From: Tubulanus polymorphus
Lineage: Eukaryota > Animalia > Nemertea
Reading direction: 5' to 3'
Length of the DNA stretch: 64,000 nt
Assembly: GCF_964204645.1 (NCBI RefSeq)
Contig: NC_134026.1
Coordinates: 10,067,950 to 10,131,949 of the forward strand
Shown here: positions 26,404-40,146 of the stretch, piece after piece
Position numbering within the stretch: the first letter of the stretch is position 1
Layout: each line of letters begins with the position of its first letter
Notes under the pieces: model-generated
Told to the model about the DNA's origin: nothing
Database searches by the model: none
Seen by the model: only the letters and a program-made list of their open reading frames with translations
Program-made: the position numbers and the translations under genes

Positions 26404-27019
26404 CCTTAGATAGACTTTGGTTCCTAAATCAACTCCTTGACATTGAATTCTGACCGGTTGACGCTGGATGACGCTTGTTGACACTAATTTAGTATGACCG
26501 CTTTATTCTAACGATCATGCATGGCCTATAGGCATTGCCTGCCCGCCCTGCGAGCAAGTAAGTGGATATTTTGCTGAAAACGCAATATTCCAATTAGCAT
26601 TTACAGGTAAATTTCGATGTAATTTTTGTTGTAATTACTAAAATAATGTTGCAGCAGCAAAATATCCACTTACTTCAGCAGTGTTTTCTACAAGAAATTA
26701 ACAAGCCAGGTCCCTTTGAAAAAGAGGAGGGTCCCATATGTCACAGTCCCTGGAACGAAAGCTGGTTTAAAAAAACAGGCAGGACCTTTACAAACGACAG
26801 ACAGATCTGGGACCTGGGACCTGGCTCTTATTGAAAACACTGTTCAGTGGCCAATTCAGACTTCCTTCTGCTGTTACAGGCGTATGCAATTTCAGATCAG
26901 CGATGATGTCATTGATCCGGGGTGAAGAGGTATATTTTGTTATCACAATCAATTACAAAATAGTAGCTGCTGACAAGTTCTATAATTGTGGTGAGTTTCA
27001 AGGTCATTGGTTTTTGTAT

Positions 27020-27747
27020 ATGGTCACCAGGGGGCGTTGAATATTGAAAAGTCCGGCAAAACCAACCAAGTGGGGACTAATTGCAAAAACCGCTGCTTGT
27101 CCCCACTCTGGATCCTTACTCAGTGCTATCCTCTACTGCGGACGCGATGAGAATTTAGTCGTTGAAGATGGACTTGAACGTCGCAATATGTAATCGAAGT
27201 TTTGAAACCATTTGCAGGGCGGGGACATCACGTTTACTGTGATCGATTATATAGCTCCATTCCTCTTGCTGAAAACCTTTATAAAAAGGGGTTTCATTAC
27301 ACCGGAACAATAATGCTAAATCGAGTTGGCATCCCAGCGGAAATAAAATATCCAACGAGGATGCGTGTCGGTGATGTTGTCGCTTATCGTAGTGAGAATA
27401 CGTTGCAACTAAATTGGAGAGATAAGCGCGTTGTCTCCATGATTTCGTCATATGGAAAGGGAACTGAAATCGAAGAGATTTCTGTTCGACGCGATCCAAC
27501 AAAAAAAGTAAAAAAGCCTAGTGTCATTGTGGATTATAATAATCATATGTCGGGCGTTGACAAACACGATCAGCTCAATAAATATCATGAATCCACACGT
27601 AAGACCGTGAAGTGGTGGAAAAGGATCTTTTTTTGGCTCTTAGAAAGTTGCGTCACGAATTCGTATATTCTTTACAAACTGCACAGAGGATTTCAGATCA
27701 GAATTATATCAGAATTTCAATTTTGTTGTTGTTTTCATCAATTTTAA
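27020..27747 (+). pseudogene. piggyBac (PGBD4-like) transposase fragment
   Basis: KPTKWG, HHVYCDRLYSS, WRDKRVVSMIS, DYNNHMSGVDKHDQ, KWWKRIFFWL. A possible right end AAAGAG-TTAA lies at 28319-28328. Confidence 0.85.
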
Positions 27748-28392
27748 TTTTTGCAGCGCCCCCTGGTGTCTAAAAACCATATGTACCCAAGAAGGATGTC
27801 ACTGTTCTCTGAGATAATCAATCACACCTGAAATGAGCTGAAAAGGAATTCAATAGGAGGCAGAACAAACTGAGGAAATGGAAGGAGGCAGTTATTGTTC
27901 AGAGGATATTGTGACCCTTAGATGACCTTTGAATTTTGGGGGATTTGACCCCCGTAACATATCAAAACACAACCCCAAACCATGGATTTTTCTTCTAAAT
28001 GTCTTTTTGAATATTTTTGAATATATATCTCTAATTTCTTTTAGAAGTATTACATAGTAAATATATACTGCAAAATTTTACTGTTTTGAGGGGTCTACTT
28101 GACCCCCCATAGACCCCAAGACCCCAAATTGAATTTTTGAAAATAATATTCTGGTAGCTGAGGTCATAAGCTCCAAGAAAATTATAACTATTATTATGCT
28201 ATTTCCATTAGAACGACTGCAATAAGGCTTTGAAAAAAAATACTAAAAAATTGTTCTAAAACAATGAAACTAATTCATCACAGCTGAATACCATTAATCA
28301 ATAATATATTCAACACGGAAAGAGTTAACACGCATTTTTTTCAACAGGGCTAAAAATCATGTTTTACAGCACAGTGATCTACTTGTTTTTCA

Positions 28393-29072
28393 GGTAGAAG
28401 CTGACAACCTTGGGGAAGAAGGATTTGAAGCAAGAAGATTGATCTGTGACCATGTTCACAATGTGGGTGGTATAATGAATGTACAACTTTCACAAGCTCT
28501 AATTCTTTCTGTTTCGACTGCACGACAAAAGTATAGACAGCATCTTGAAGATGAGCAAAAGAAACGAGCAGAGGAGCAATAATCCTTAAAAAGAAAGACT
28601 TTAGAGGACCAAATTTCAGAAGCCAAAAACAAGAAAAAACGCCTTACCAAGGATGTAACCTCACTCGTTGAGGTAGCTGACAAATAAGCAGATAAGGCAG
28701 AGATCACAGGAAAACGGGAATTCTTAGTTGAATCAAATAGTTTGCGGCGTACTTCTAAAGCGAAAAAAACTGAACTCGATGAAAATGAGAAATATCTTGA
28801 TGGATTGCTTCTACAGTTAAAGGATGCTTAAATCAGTTGCTTAAATGGATCTATTTTTATTTACATATATCTGTTAAAATACATATGGTTTGCTTTTAAA
28901 ACAACCGTCTGAGATTTGTTTTTAAAACATTAATTTTATCGATCTGTTGCACACATTCTGAGATATTTAAGCATCGTTGGTCTCTGTGAAACCTGGAAAG
29001 TCATGGAATATTGGCTCTCAGGAGACATTGAAAATCATTGAATATGTTACTTGTTCAGGTGCATATACCCTG
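28393..29072 (+). mobile_element. 3' end of a hAT-like DNA transposon
   Basis: Coiled-coil C-terminal tail (CDHVHNVGGIMNV...ARQKYRQHLEDEQ...ESNSLRRTSK) typical of a widespread hAT-like family. Subterminal CCTGGAAAGTCATGGAA and terminal ...CCCTG. Confidence 0.55.
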
Positions 29073-31616
29073 TAGCAGATTATTATCACATATAGCCAGA
29101 TGTGGCGAAGGCAGCTAAGGGTACAATAACAGCACATATTGAAAATGAAACTAACGTAATACGCAACCAAAATGAAATGTTGAATGAGCCAGAAAGCACA
29201 GAATCGTTGTGGTCAACAGATACAGCCTCAATGACAAAGGCCATAGTACATGGAAATTGCCATCAAGGTCACCCAAAATTTGGTGTCCCCTCTGGTAAGC
29301 AATGTGTTGCTAACTCCTTAGCTGCTATTATTCATCCAATGAACAAGTCACTGATACACTGAACATCAAATGATGTTCATTCTGTCTTGATTACTGGTAA
29401 TGAATTATATGCAACATTGACAAGTATGAACACTTTATCTTATATCTACCTTTTAGTCAGTGAACTGCTGAATGCAATTGAAATATCTAATTATATGTAC
29501 GAAGTAAATGTTGGAATCTCATATGTTGCAATGCTTGTTTTAAGTGTTGAAATGAAAGCTGGAAAGTTTGGTGTAATTATGGAATTGTCTGAATGTTTAC
29601 ACACAGTACTAGATGAATATAATGCTTGCTTTGTTACATTTGCTGGTAATACATTTTGCGTTTTGAATCAGGATGGTGTGTACTGGGTATTCGACTCTCA
29701 TTCACGTGACTCAAATGGAATGATGACTGCTGATGGATTTGCCACGATAGTAAGTCATAGAAGTATAAATGAATTAGAAAAACATTGTCACAGACTTGCC
29801 GCTTCTATGAATTAAATTGATGAAATAACAGGTGTTAATATAATCTGCTCTGATCAAAAGGATCTTACAGGAGAAACATTATCCACACAGCCTCAATCAA
29901 CCAAAACCGTCTCATTTAAATGAAATCTATGATGATGATGTTATAGCTGTGGGTAGCTCCATACACCACACCTCACTAGTTTACATACCTCTAGAAAACG
30001 TTCAGTGTTTATCATTATGCTCTATTCTAGACATACCAACTCGATCTGTTATAGGTATTCCAATGGCTGAACTTGGATATGACAGTATGCCTGCTTATAC
30101 TGGACCGCTAGGCTCACCATGCAGTACCCATAAGATAAAAGGTGAAGGTAACTGTTTTTTCAGAGCTATCTCTTATTCTATCTGTGGTACTGAAAACTAT
30201 CACAGGGTAATACGTACAAAAGTAGTAAACCACATGAAACACAATGCAGAGAGGTTTCAACCCCATTTGAGAAATGCAGATATTACTGTAGAGCAATATA
30301 TTGAAGCATCCCAGATGAAATACGTACAGATATGGATGGGCGACTTAAGTTGAAATATTGGCCACAGCTGATTTACTGCATATAGATATCTATACGCATA
30401 TAGATGACAAATGGCAACAATTTTCGGATTCAGTTTTAGCCACTGTAAAACATCAATATGAATCCAATGGTAATATTTATCTTAGAAACAGTAGTGGTAT
30501 GCACTATGAGGTTGTTGTGTGCGTAAACTGTTCTGATGTATATGATAAAGTATGCGCATGGTGCGGGAACGAGTATAATTCAATGAATTATGCCACCGAT
30601 AACAAACGTGAAGATCAAATCAGGAACAGGAAATCAGTCAAAAGGCGTTATGATAATCAGCGCTATCGGCAGGATAAAATGTATCGCAACAAGATGATAA
30701 CGTATGCATCTCTAAAATATGAGAACGATGAATCTTATCGCCAAAACCAAAACACAGGGAAAAAAATGAAGTACAGTAGCAGTTTGGAATTCCGCCAGCA
30801 GATGAAATTTAATACTGTTAAGAAATACCACAATGATCGTAACTATTGTAATACTCTGAAAAGGAAAGCCGCTATGAACTATAAACAGAGAATGATGAAT
30901 TTCGAAACCAGGAGAAAGCGTTCAGTATACAGAAATATAAAAGTGACTCTCAGCATCGAGACCATGGACGTATAAACTAGAAGGAAGGCGCACCATTCAT
31001 CAAGATCAAAGGCCCCGCTGATAACAGCTGTTTGCACTGTATTTGCAAGTGCCCGTTGAACAGGTGCGCGTTGTTACTAGCAACCGCCTAGCGTCTCGGT
31101 ATAAAGGAAGCGGTGTATGGGGATGCGCAAGCGCAATAGAAGCTATTAATGTGCGTAATAGATGTGCGCAGTCGTCGCAAAAAGAAAGATGGCTTCGTGC
31201 TCGGCGTTTGAGTGAAAATTTTTCGAGAATACGTCAATTTTTTGCGAAACTACAGCAGATTAACTTATGGAAGCATATGATGACATTTTTTAAATATAAG
31301 GTGAATATAATGTCTAATTTCTCATAGTCACACTCTTTTCCTCTGTTTGTGAATTATACATTTAAATGAAGAAAGAGTCCATCGTATCGATCCAAATGGT
31401 TTACACGCCAAATTGTAGAAATTTCAATCAGAAAATTGATCAGTTTTGGTTATTCTACCGTCCATGTTATGGATTTTTGAAGAGAAATGATCACCTTTTC
31501 TCAACATAATCAGTAGCCTTCTTTATTATTTCAATGTTTTCCTATCTTAAACTGTCATAATTTACCTCTAAATTGTTTCTATTTTTCCAGACTTCAGACT
31601 ATATAAAAAACGAGCA

Positions 31617-34600
31617 ATGGATACGGAATGTTTAGCGCAAAGCTCAATAAAAATTGGTAGGTGACCTGTAAATCATCAAATCCATGGTATGAAAGTTATT
31701 ACCACTTATCAGGCATTTCAGAATTTTGATTTCATTTATTTTAGAGAAACATCGACAGAATCTGAGCTCCATTTGTCGACTGTGCAGGCAACACTTCGAA
31801 TGTGGCGGAGGGATTGATGTGAATGATAAGCGTTATGCGACAATCATTCAGGAATTCTTAAATATTACCGCTGCGGAAGATGGAAATGTTTTTCCGAGTT
31901 GTTTTGCAGCAAGATTTGTCGTAGGAAATTGGATCGTGCAAAAAAGCCAAGAAAAACAGAAGTACTGCAGTTTCGTGAACATGGTTCGGACTGCACAATT
32001 TGCGACTCGATGCATGAGGAGGTATCGGTGGAAGAACTAAAAGCCATTGCGGAGAGGAATAACTTTCACCATCAACGTAATGATGATGGATCACTATTTT
32101 TTCAGTTGTCAGCTAGTTTTCAGCGGTTGGAAATCAGTGTATTTTTGATGAATGATATGACTTGAACTATTAAAATCAGGGAAAGCGATTGTACGAATAG
32201 TGAGCTGTTTTCTGCACAACCGAAAATTATGACAACTTTTTCATTCGCGGAATTTTTGTGTGCGTTAAGATCATTTTATATTTGCTCTGGAAATGCTGAT
32301 TTTAAAGAACTATGCGAACAACAGAAAGTAGGAGAAGCTGGTATTTTCTTATCTCGCGAGAACAAAGTGACTACATTTGAAGAAATAAATTTCGATACAG
32401 AATCAACGGTGCGGCATATTTCGTGTTCGATGCTATTGAAGGAAAAACCTGGCAGATGTATTTACTGTGAACTGTATAGACCAAACTTGTTTTTGATGAA
32501 TTCGCAATTATCAAACAAACCTGCTGCTCCTGGATTACACCGTCGAAATGATAATTTGCCAAAGGCTACTTTGATTTCAAAATGTAAAAATATTCAAAAA
32601 GAGAAAGCGTCTCTCAAAAGAAAATTGAAAAACCTTGAGGAACAGGTGAAAAACAGAATGGAAAAAGATGGTATTTGTGTGAACAGTGAATTATCAGAGA
32701 GTTTGACCACCGTACTGAAATTGAACAAGGAATCTATATCAAGCTTACATGAAGAATCTCCTCAGCAAATCCTGTGGGAGCAACAAGCGGGCAATGAACT
32801 GGCACCCTGTACTCATTAAATGGTGTATTTCCCTGGCATACAACTCGTCATCTGCCTATGAACTATTGCAATCATCGCCATTTCTGAACTTGCCGCATAG
32901 AACTACATTGAGGGATTATACTCATCTTTGGAATAGTGTCTCTGGTGTCAATTTTTACCTCATCAACCAAATAAAGAATGAATTGAATTTTCATAATATG
33001 AAAGACTACTAAAAATGTGTGTCACTCGCCTGCGATGAAGTTAAGATCAAAGATGGTCTTGTTTACAGCCCAGAAACTGGCGAATTATTAGGATTTTGCG
33101 ACTTGGGCAACTTAAACAATGAACTTGCCACATTTTCGAATAGCTGCAAAGAAGAGGTAATTAATGTGAAGCCATTGCAACACACGTCATGGTATTTATG
33201 ATTCGTGTTTTATTTACTGAAATCCATAGCGTAATCGCCCATTATCCATGCGTCGGTTTTGACAGTAACCAGATATTTTGGGCGATACAAAGAGTGCTGC
33301 AAGCCGTTGAACTGTCTGGTTTTCTCGTAAAATCTTACCTTTGCGATGGTGCATTACCAAACAGACATTTTTTCAAACTACACCACGACATTGAACTTCA
33401 TGGCGATGGACCAGCATTTTGTACTCCCAACCCGTATCGTTCTGGATCAATGATATATGATATATCTGATCCATCGCACCTGATGAAAACGACGAGGAAC
33501 AATTGGGATGTCACAATTCTGGATGGCACAATAAAACAAGGAATTTAACGGTTAGTATTATATACAATTGAATTATTAATTGAATTATTAATCAAAATAT
33601 ATATTAATGTATTTTCATATTTATTATAGTTCAATGGTCAAGGAATTAAATGGCAGCAGCTCGTGTCCGTCGTAGAATGTGATGCAGGCATAGATGCTTT
33701 CGGCAAGGGAAATGCAGGAGGTCTTCGAATGCTGAGCAAAATTACGATGGACCATTTGCGATTCACACCTTCATTACGAATGAAAGTAAAACACGCTGTT
33801 CAGGTAAGAATGAACTGATTTTTCTTCAGTGATTTGAACAAGTAATCATTCAAATGTTTAAAAAGGTTTTCAATTTCTTTAAAGGTTCTGAGCCAGTCAG
33901 TTGCAGATGCATATGAAATATTTGACAGATTCAAGGATAGCACCAAATCGACGCGTAAATTTGTTTCGTATATGGACACTTTCTTTGATTGTTTAAATGC
34001 ATTCAAGACTGGATCAGCGGAAAAAATCCAAAAAAATAACAACAGTACCCTATCATAGAACGGATGACTGGCGTTTATCAATGAATAAGGTTTTAAAGCT
34101 CTGATATTCATCTAAGTTCTGAAATAGGAAAGAACTTTTTATCATTTCCAGTGGCTCGAAGAAGATTTCTTGCAATTCCTAGAGAACTGGCAAAGCCAAA
34201 GTCTGGCTCGTGATGATTTGACAAAAACAGAGAAGAGTCGCCTGTGCTTAAGTCAGCAAACACTAGAAGGATTTCAAATTACTGGTAATGACATATTTAT
34301 TTGAGACATACTTAAACAAAATTTACATTTACAACATATCATAAATATCTAAATTTTAGTTAAGTCGTTTGTACGCCTGACTCGAGAATTGGTGCTTGAA
34401 CCAGAAGTGCAGTTCTTTTTGAGTGGAAAGTTAAGCCAAGAGCCCCTGGAGATTTATTTCAGCAGACAGAGAGTTTGTGGAGGCAAACATGAAAACCCGA
34501 ACGTGCTCGATTTTCGGCAGAAAAATACTTGTCGCTGGGTCGAAAGCAATTCATGGATCGCCATATGGCAACTGCCAAGTCGACGATTACTCAGTAACGG

Positions 34601-34640
34601 ACGAAATCGATCTTCAACGAAGAAATCGAAGAAATGATCA
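31617..34640 (+). pseudogene. P-element/THAP9-like transposase, multi-exon, with an N-terminal RAG1-CND-like Cys/His domain; several stops and frameshifts
   Basis: WHPVLIKWC...AYELL...LPHRTTLRDYT, CDEVKIKDGLVY...LLGFCDLG, CDGALPNRHFF, SDPSHLMKTTRNNW, LSQEPLEIYFSRQR..GG..ENP. Introns at ~31657-31744, 33551-33629, 33804-33884 and 34285-34358. Confidence 0.85.
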
Positions 34641-36667
34641 CTAAGTATGTTTAATAATCTGATTTCTGCCGTTTTAACCTATGTTCTGGGAAGCACTTAA
34701 ACTTTTTCGAAGGCTTTTCTCCTTTGTTGCACCTGTTTTTGGGTTCAATTTCTGTTTCACAAACACGTATGAATTGACAAATCCTTTCATTCGAATTCAT
34801 ATCCAGCACCGAATAACTTGTTTTAGCATATATGTTTTCAATTCATCATTAACTAGGGGTGCTGATATGGAATTCCACGAGAACAGTATTGCCCGGTCAC
34901 TTAGTACAGTATCTTCAAGGATTTTTTTAACATTTCCTTTAACAGATTTACTGCATTTGATGTGGCAAGCAGTGGTTTTATTTTCAGTTGTAACAATTTG
35001 AAAAATTGATAAACACTGTCATTTACACAGAATAGTCCACCACGATTACAAATATCAATCAGTTGTTTAGTATAGTCGAGAAATGATGATGCACTTGAAA
35101 TATCTTCAGTTCTCCAAGAGGCAAAAAATGTTGCATAATTTGCCGCCATAACAGAATTCTCCTTTTTTGTTGATTTATAGCCTATGTAACGTTTTTTTAA
35201 GTTGAGATGCAACATATCCAGCTACATAACGAATAACTTGTTCTTCGTTTTTTTCTAGCTCAAACTTTGGTAGCTCTGGAGAAATAACAGCAGTTTCATT
35301 TTTTGTTTTCATTATGCGTTCCAACACTCCTAAGACATTAATAACAAATAGGCATTGATAACAAATGTTTTCTTTTCTAATTTTAGTTGATGACTATCAA
35401 AAAATATGCAGAACTCGGTCATGAAGTTGACATTGTGAATAAGCTTCAAATATGCTGTGCAGCTCTTGTAGTAGTCATTTTCACCCGGTATTCGCTTCTT
35501 CTCGACAAACAGACTTTTAACCAAATTATATATATAAGGAACAATTACTTTCAGCAAATTTTTTTGTCGTAGAGTTCTCATAATCACTTTGGAACAATGT
35601 ATATAATAGTTTCACATCAGCGCTGTATTCTATGTCGAGCTCACACATACCATCAAGTTTCATTGACAGAAGACCATCTCTTAGCATTTTTAAGGAGTCC
35701 ATGGTTGCACTGTCTTGATATGCTGATTCCGGTGCTGTAATTTAAATAATACATGTATATTAATCTTTCAAATTTTGTTAATAATGTATAGATAATAGAA
35801 TATAAGGAAGAATTAATCTTAATTCTTATATATTAATTCTTGTATATCTATCTTTCAAATTTTGTTAATAGTTTATACATAATAGAATATAAGGAAGAAT
35901 TGATCTTTAAAATACCTGTTTTCTTAACTTGAATGTTTTCCGGGCTTTTATTCGAGTGGATTGCATCGACGACCTCACTGAGCGCGGCTAAGTTGTTAAA
36001 ACCTGAAAAAATTGTATTCCGTTAGTGATCAAAGAAAAAATGAATGACAGTCAAAAATATTGAAATACAATAGATACCTCTGGAACATTGACTGCTGCAA
36101 TAACATTCACCACCGGGACCAAATGCACTGTCTTCAAAGCAAGCTACCAGAAAAGCTGACCCACATTTTTGACATATGACTAATTCGCTGTTCTTGCCAC
36201 AGTTGCACTTGAATGAGGTTCCCGCAGTGCACCTCAGGCATGCGAGTATTACAGATGGCGCGCACAACAGCGGGTCGTGTTGTACATTGTTATTGTATGT
36301 AAACGCTGTAGACCTATAGTACTGGTACAAACGATTTCTTTTAATAAATAATGAGTGAGCAAAATAGTAGATATGCGAATCTGACACTAGCCGAGATAAA
36401 AAAAGAACTACGAAAAAGGAATATCAAAGTGTCTGGCCGAAAAAATGACTTAGTTGAGAGGTAAATGGATTTTTATTGGGCATGTTTACATTTTCAATTT
36501 ACTTCCGGGTTTATGCACCGGTATTCTGTTCCTAATATAATGTTTATTGAAATGAGTAATTTATCTTAAATGAGGTGTTATTCAGATGTTATTTTCTAAT
36601 ATGAGAACGTTATTGAATATATTTATATTAGATATCGCAAAAATAGGTCTGTTGTTTATTTTTTCAG

Positions 36668-38434
36668 ACTACTTTTCCATGACAGAACTGCGTCTAATGA
36701 TGAGCCTGATGTGGAATACCACATGACAATACCAGATTTACCTTCTTTCAAGGATTTACATTCTGGAGACAAAAATTATATAAACCTTGATAAGAGTACA
36801 GTTATTGACTACTTTAGATGCTACAAAAAGGAATATGACCTTAAGTTTGAAGATCTGTATAATGAAAGGTAATTTAATAATATTCATAGAATTAAAAATT
36901 AAATGTTTACATGCTTATGGGCCTGTCTAAGATAAACACGTAGTTAAACTTATTTTGAAATATCATTTCAGGTACATAAGATATGCTCGAATTGCTTTCG
37001 AACAAACGGATGACACAGATGATGACAACAATTTCATTTATATAACATCAAATGTTTGGGCAGAAATGCGGAAATCTGTCTCTTACAAGGTCGACCTGCT
37101 ACTAACTAAGGAGGGAGGCATAGAAGAGACACAGTGTGAATGTGCTGTTGGCCAAGGACCGACAGCACATTGCAAGCATGTTGGATGTGTACTATATGGA
37201 TTGACATGCTTTTCTGAAAATTCAGAAATCTTAACTGAATTGACATGTACTCAGGTATGTATTTCTTCCTTTTTTGATTGGAGTTAATATTTTTTGAAGG
37301 GTATTTGACAATTTTATATTTTTGCCACAACTGATGGAAATTTCATTCTTTTCAGGTGCTTCAAACCTTCCACAAGGCTAAGCCTCTCAAGGGATCCCCA
37401 GTGAAGGCTTGCAATCTGGCAGCCATACGCGGGAAAGAAAATCCCCCAGTGGTTTTTGATCCAAGACCAACCAAATGGCGTAATGTTGGAACGACCGAAC
37501 AGAATCTCAGGAATTCAGTAATCAATTATCAAGCCCTCCACCCCAGCCATCGATTACCAGTCCTAAATTTATTTCCACCAGCCAATTTACGTGCTTGTGA
37601 CCATGACTACATGAAGCAAACCATGGAAGAAGATTTTCTACAAAAAATCAAAGTAAGTACAATTTGATTAAAAATTAATAGCACCTATGGCGTGTAGTTA
37701 TCTTTAATAGAATAAAACATGTTTTACATAAGAAATGTAATTCTTAATTTTAGGTCTCATCTATAACTGCTGACGATATCATAGACATTCAGTCAAAAAC
37801 AAAATTACAATCTTCTAGCAAATTGTGGAAAGAACAAAGACAATACAGAATAACATCATCTACATTTGGAACTATATGCAAGGCAACTGAAAGAAGGGAC
37901 ATCGAAAAATTACTTAACTCATTATTTGGCGATACAGAATTTACTTCATTAGCAACGAATCATGGCAAGAAATATGAAAATGTAGCTGTTAGAAAATTTG
38001 AAGCAGAAACCGGGAAAACTTCAGATTCATGCGGTATTTTTGTTTCAATCGAACGCCCCATGTTAGCCGCTTCTCCTGATCGTATTCTCAATTCAAATGC
38101 TGTGATTGAAGTTAAATGCCCATTTAGCGCAAGACAATTAAAAATCACTCCAAAATCTGTACCTTATTTATACATTAAAAACACTGGAGAACTAAGCCTA
38201 AAGGAAACTCATGATTACTATTATCAAATACAAGGCCAGTTGTATTGTACAGAAAGAAAATTATGTAAATTTGTAGTTTATACACTGAAAGATATGAAAA
38301 TTATTGATGTGAATTATGACCAAGAATTTATAAACAGCATGCTTCTTAAATTAGATGATTTTTATGTAAAGTTCTTTAAACCAGCATTGATTGAAAGATT
38401 CTTTTACCATTGTGAATCGAAATACAATTTCTAA
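36668..38434 (+). CDS. SWIM zinc finger plus YqaJ/lambda-exonuclease-like protein of ISL2EU (spliced; 5' end uncertain)
   Basis: CECAVGQGPTAHCKH (SWIM); W..QRQYRITSSTFG, GKKYE, LAASPD, IEVKCP, YYYQIQGQL (YqaJ). Exons are approximately 36668-36868, 36972-37254, 37356-37651 and 37753-38434. Confidence 0.85.
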
Positions 38435-38491
38435 AAAGTATAAATACATGTACATGAAAATTATGTCTTATTTTCTGGCTCTTAAACTTTT

Positions 38492-40146
38492 TCAGGCATC
38501 TCTCGGAACTATAGCCGACTTAAAGTTACATAAGAAAAAGCATACACTTATAATGGGATCTGCTAGTTCGGAGTCTGTATTGTTCATAGGCTGCTTTAGG
38601 ATTTTGAATGTCTTTGCCAGTCCTATCACTCTTTCGACTTGTACTCTTTTACTCGCAATTTTTCTGTCTTGTAGTACTGATGAGGCTGACATTCTATTTT
38701 TTTTCTTAAAAAATTCTGGGATATTGATGGCGACATTTACTGGAACGAATAAATCTTGCATGTTAAACCCTTTGTCAGCCATTATCGAATCTCCAGGGTC
38801 ACAGATTTGTAGGAGATTGCTACGCTCACAAATCTGTCGGTCACTCGCTGATCCACCATAAATGTCTGACACAAAACTGACCATCCCACCCGGAGTTACG
38901 CCTATCAGAGCCTTAACTGTATTTCGGTTTTTATATGTTGAGTATGTTGCTTGCTGGCCAACCGGTTGTTTCGGCTTCATTATTGGACACTCGGTGCCAT
39001 CGATAACAACTCTGGTGGTAGGATACTTGCGCCTGAAATCTACTGGCGAGTAGAATTTTACAATGTCTCGTGATGGCCACCAATTTATCTCCTTGAAATG
39101 CAAGTGTAAGAAATTTATCCATGTCACAAATATGTTCTTTACTTCTTTCTCAGAGCATCCAAACATAAGAGAAAGTTCATAATGTGGCCGAGCCAACCTT
39201 AACTTTGTAAGTGTTAGAAAGAACTGGTCCTCAATCGCTAATGGAGGTTTATTTTGATAATAATATCTCAGTTCATTCACAACTTGGCCAAATGATCCCA
39301 ATAAAAATCGAAAGAATTCATAACTGTTCATTCCTGTATAATAATGGAATGCCTCATCATTAAACATATAGTCCGAAGCCTTCATTCCCGGTTTTTTTTC
39401 AGTTTGCGTCATTACTTCCACAGTTGATACTTCTTCTGTTTGAATGAAAACTGAGCTTGTTTTTGAAGTCTCACCTGAAAAATTCAATTTAAAGTTCTAT
39501 GAAATCCAATTTCTATTCCAACTTCAAGATTAATGTAATTTGAATCAAAATGAATTATCCATAAATTATAATACTGTTTGCAGGTAAGTATAAATCAAAA
39601 TTTATTAAACCCACCTTCTTCAAAAGTTTCGACCTCTATTTCTATAGGCTCACATTCAGTCTGCCAAGATATAAGGGCTTCCATCTCGCGCTTTTCTTCT
39701 AATTTCTGTCTTTTATATGCTCTTTCCTTTCTCTCTGACAGAGACACATTTGGTGTTTTTTCCAAGAGAAAATGTGTGGGACCGCACCTGGTTTTAAGAC
39801 TTGATGTACAACATCATTCCCTGAAAAATAAAATACAAATGATGAATTCATCACAGACAATATAGCCTAAATAAATATTAATTTACGAATTTATTTACAA
39901 TAATTTACAAAAAATACACCATTTGAAACTGACTACAGAATTAAAACACCATAGTTGCATATCCTACCTTCTTTAGTGCTCCGAATATAATCATGTACGT
40001 CAAAATGTAATTTACATACTTTAGCCCACTTGCCAGGTTGCCATTTTCACTGCTAATATCCACTTTTGTCGTAATTCTAAATCTTTTGATGGAAATTGGT
40101 GACCTCCTTTACCGTTGCACAAAGGCACCGAACAATATATTGGCAT
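38492..40146 (-). CDS. THAP-HTH-DDE_Tnp_4 transposase of ISL2EU (spliced; THAP exon appears frameshifted)
   Basis: MPIYCSVPLC...HQFP...KW...VCKLHF (THAP); DQFFLTLTKLR (HTH); VIDGTE, YSTYKNRNTVK, GGSASD, IMADKGF, IASKRVQVERVIG (DDE). Confidence 0.88.
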
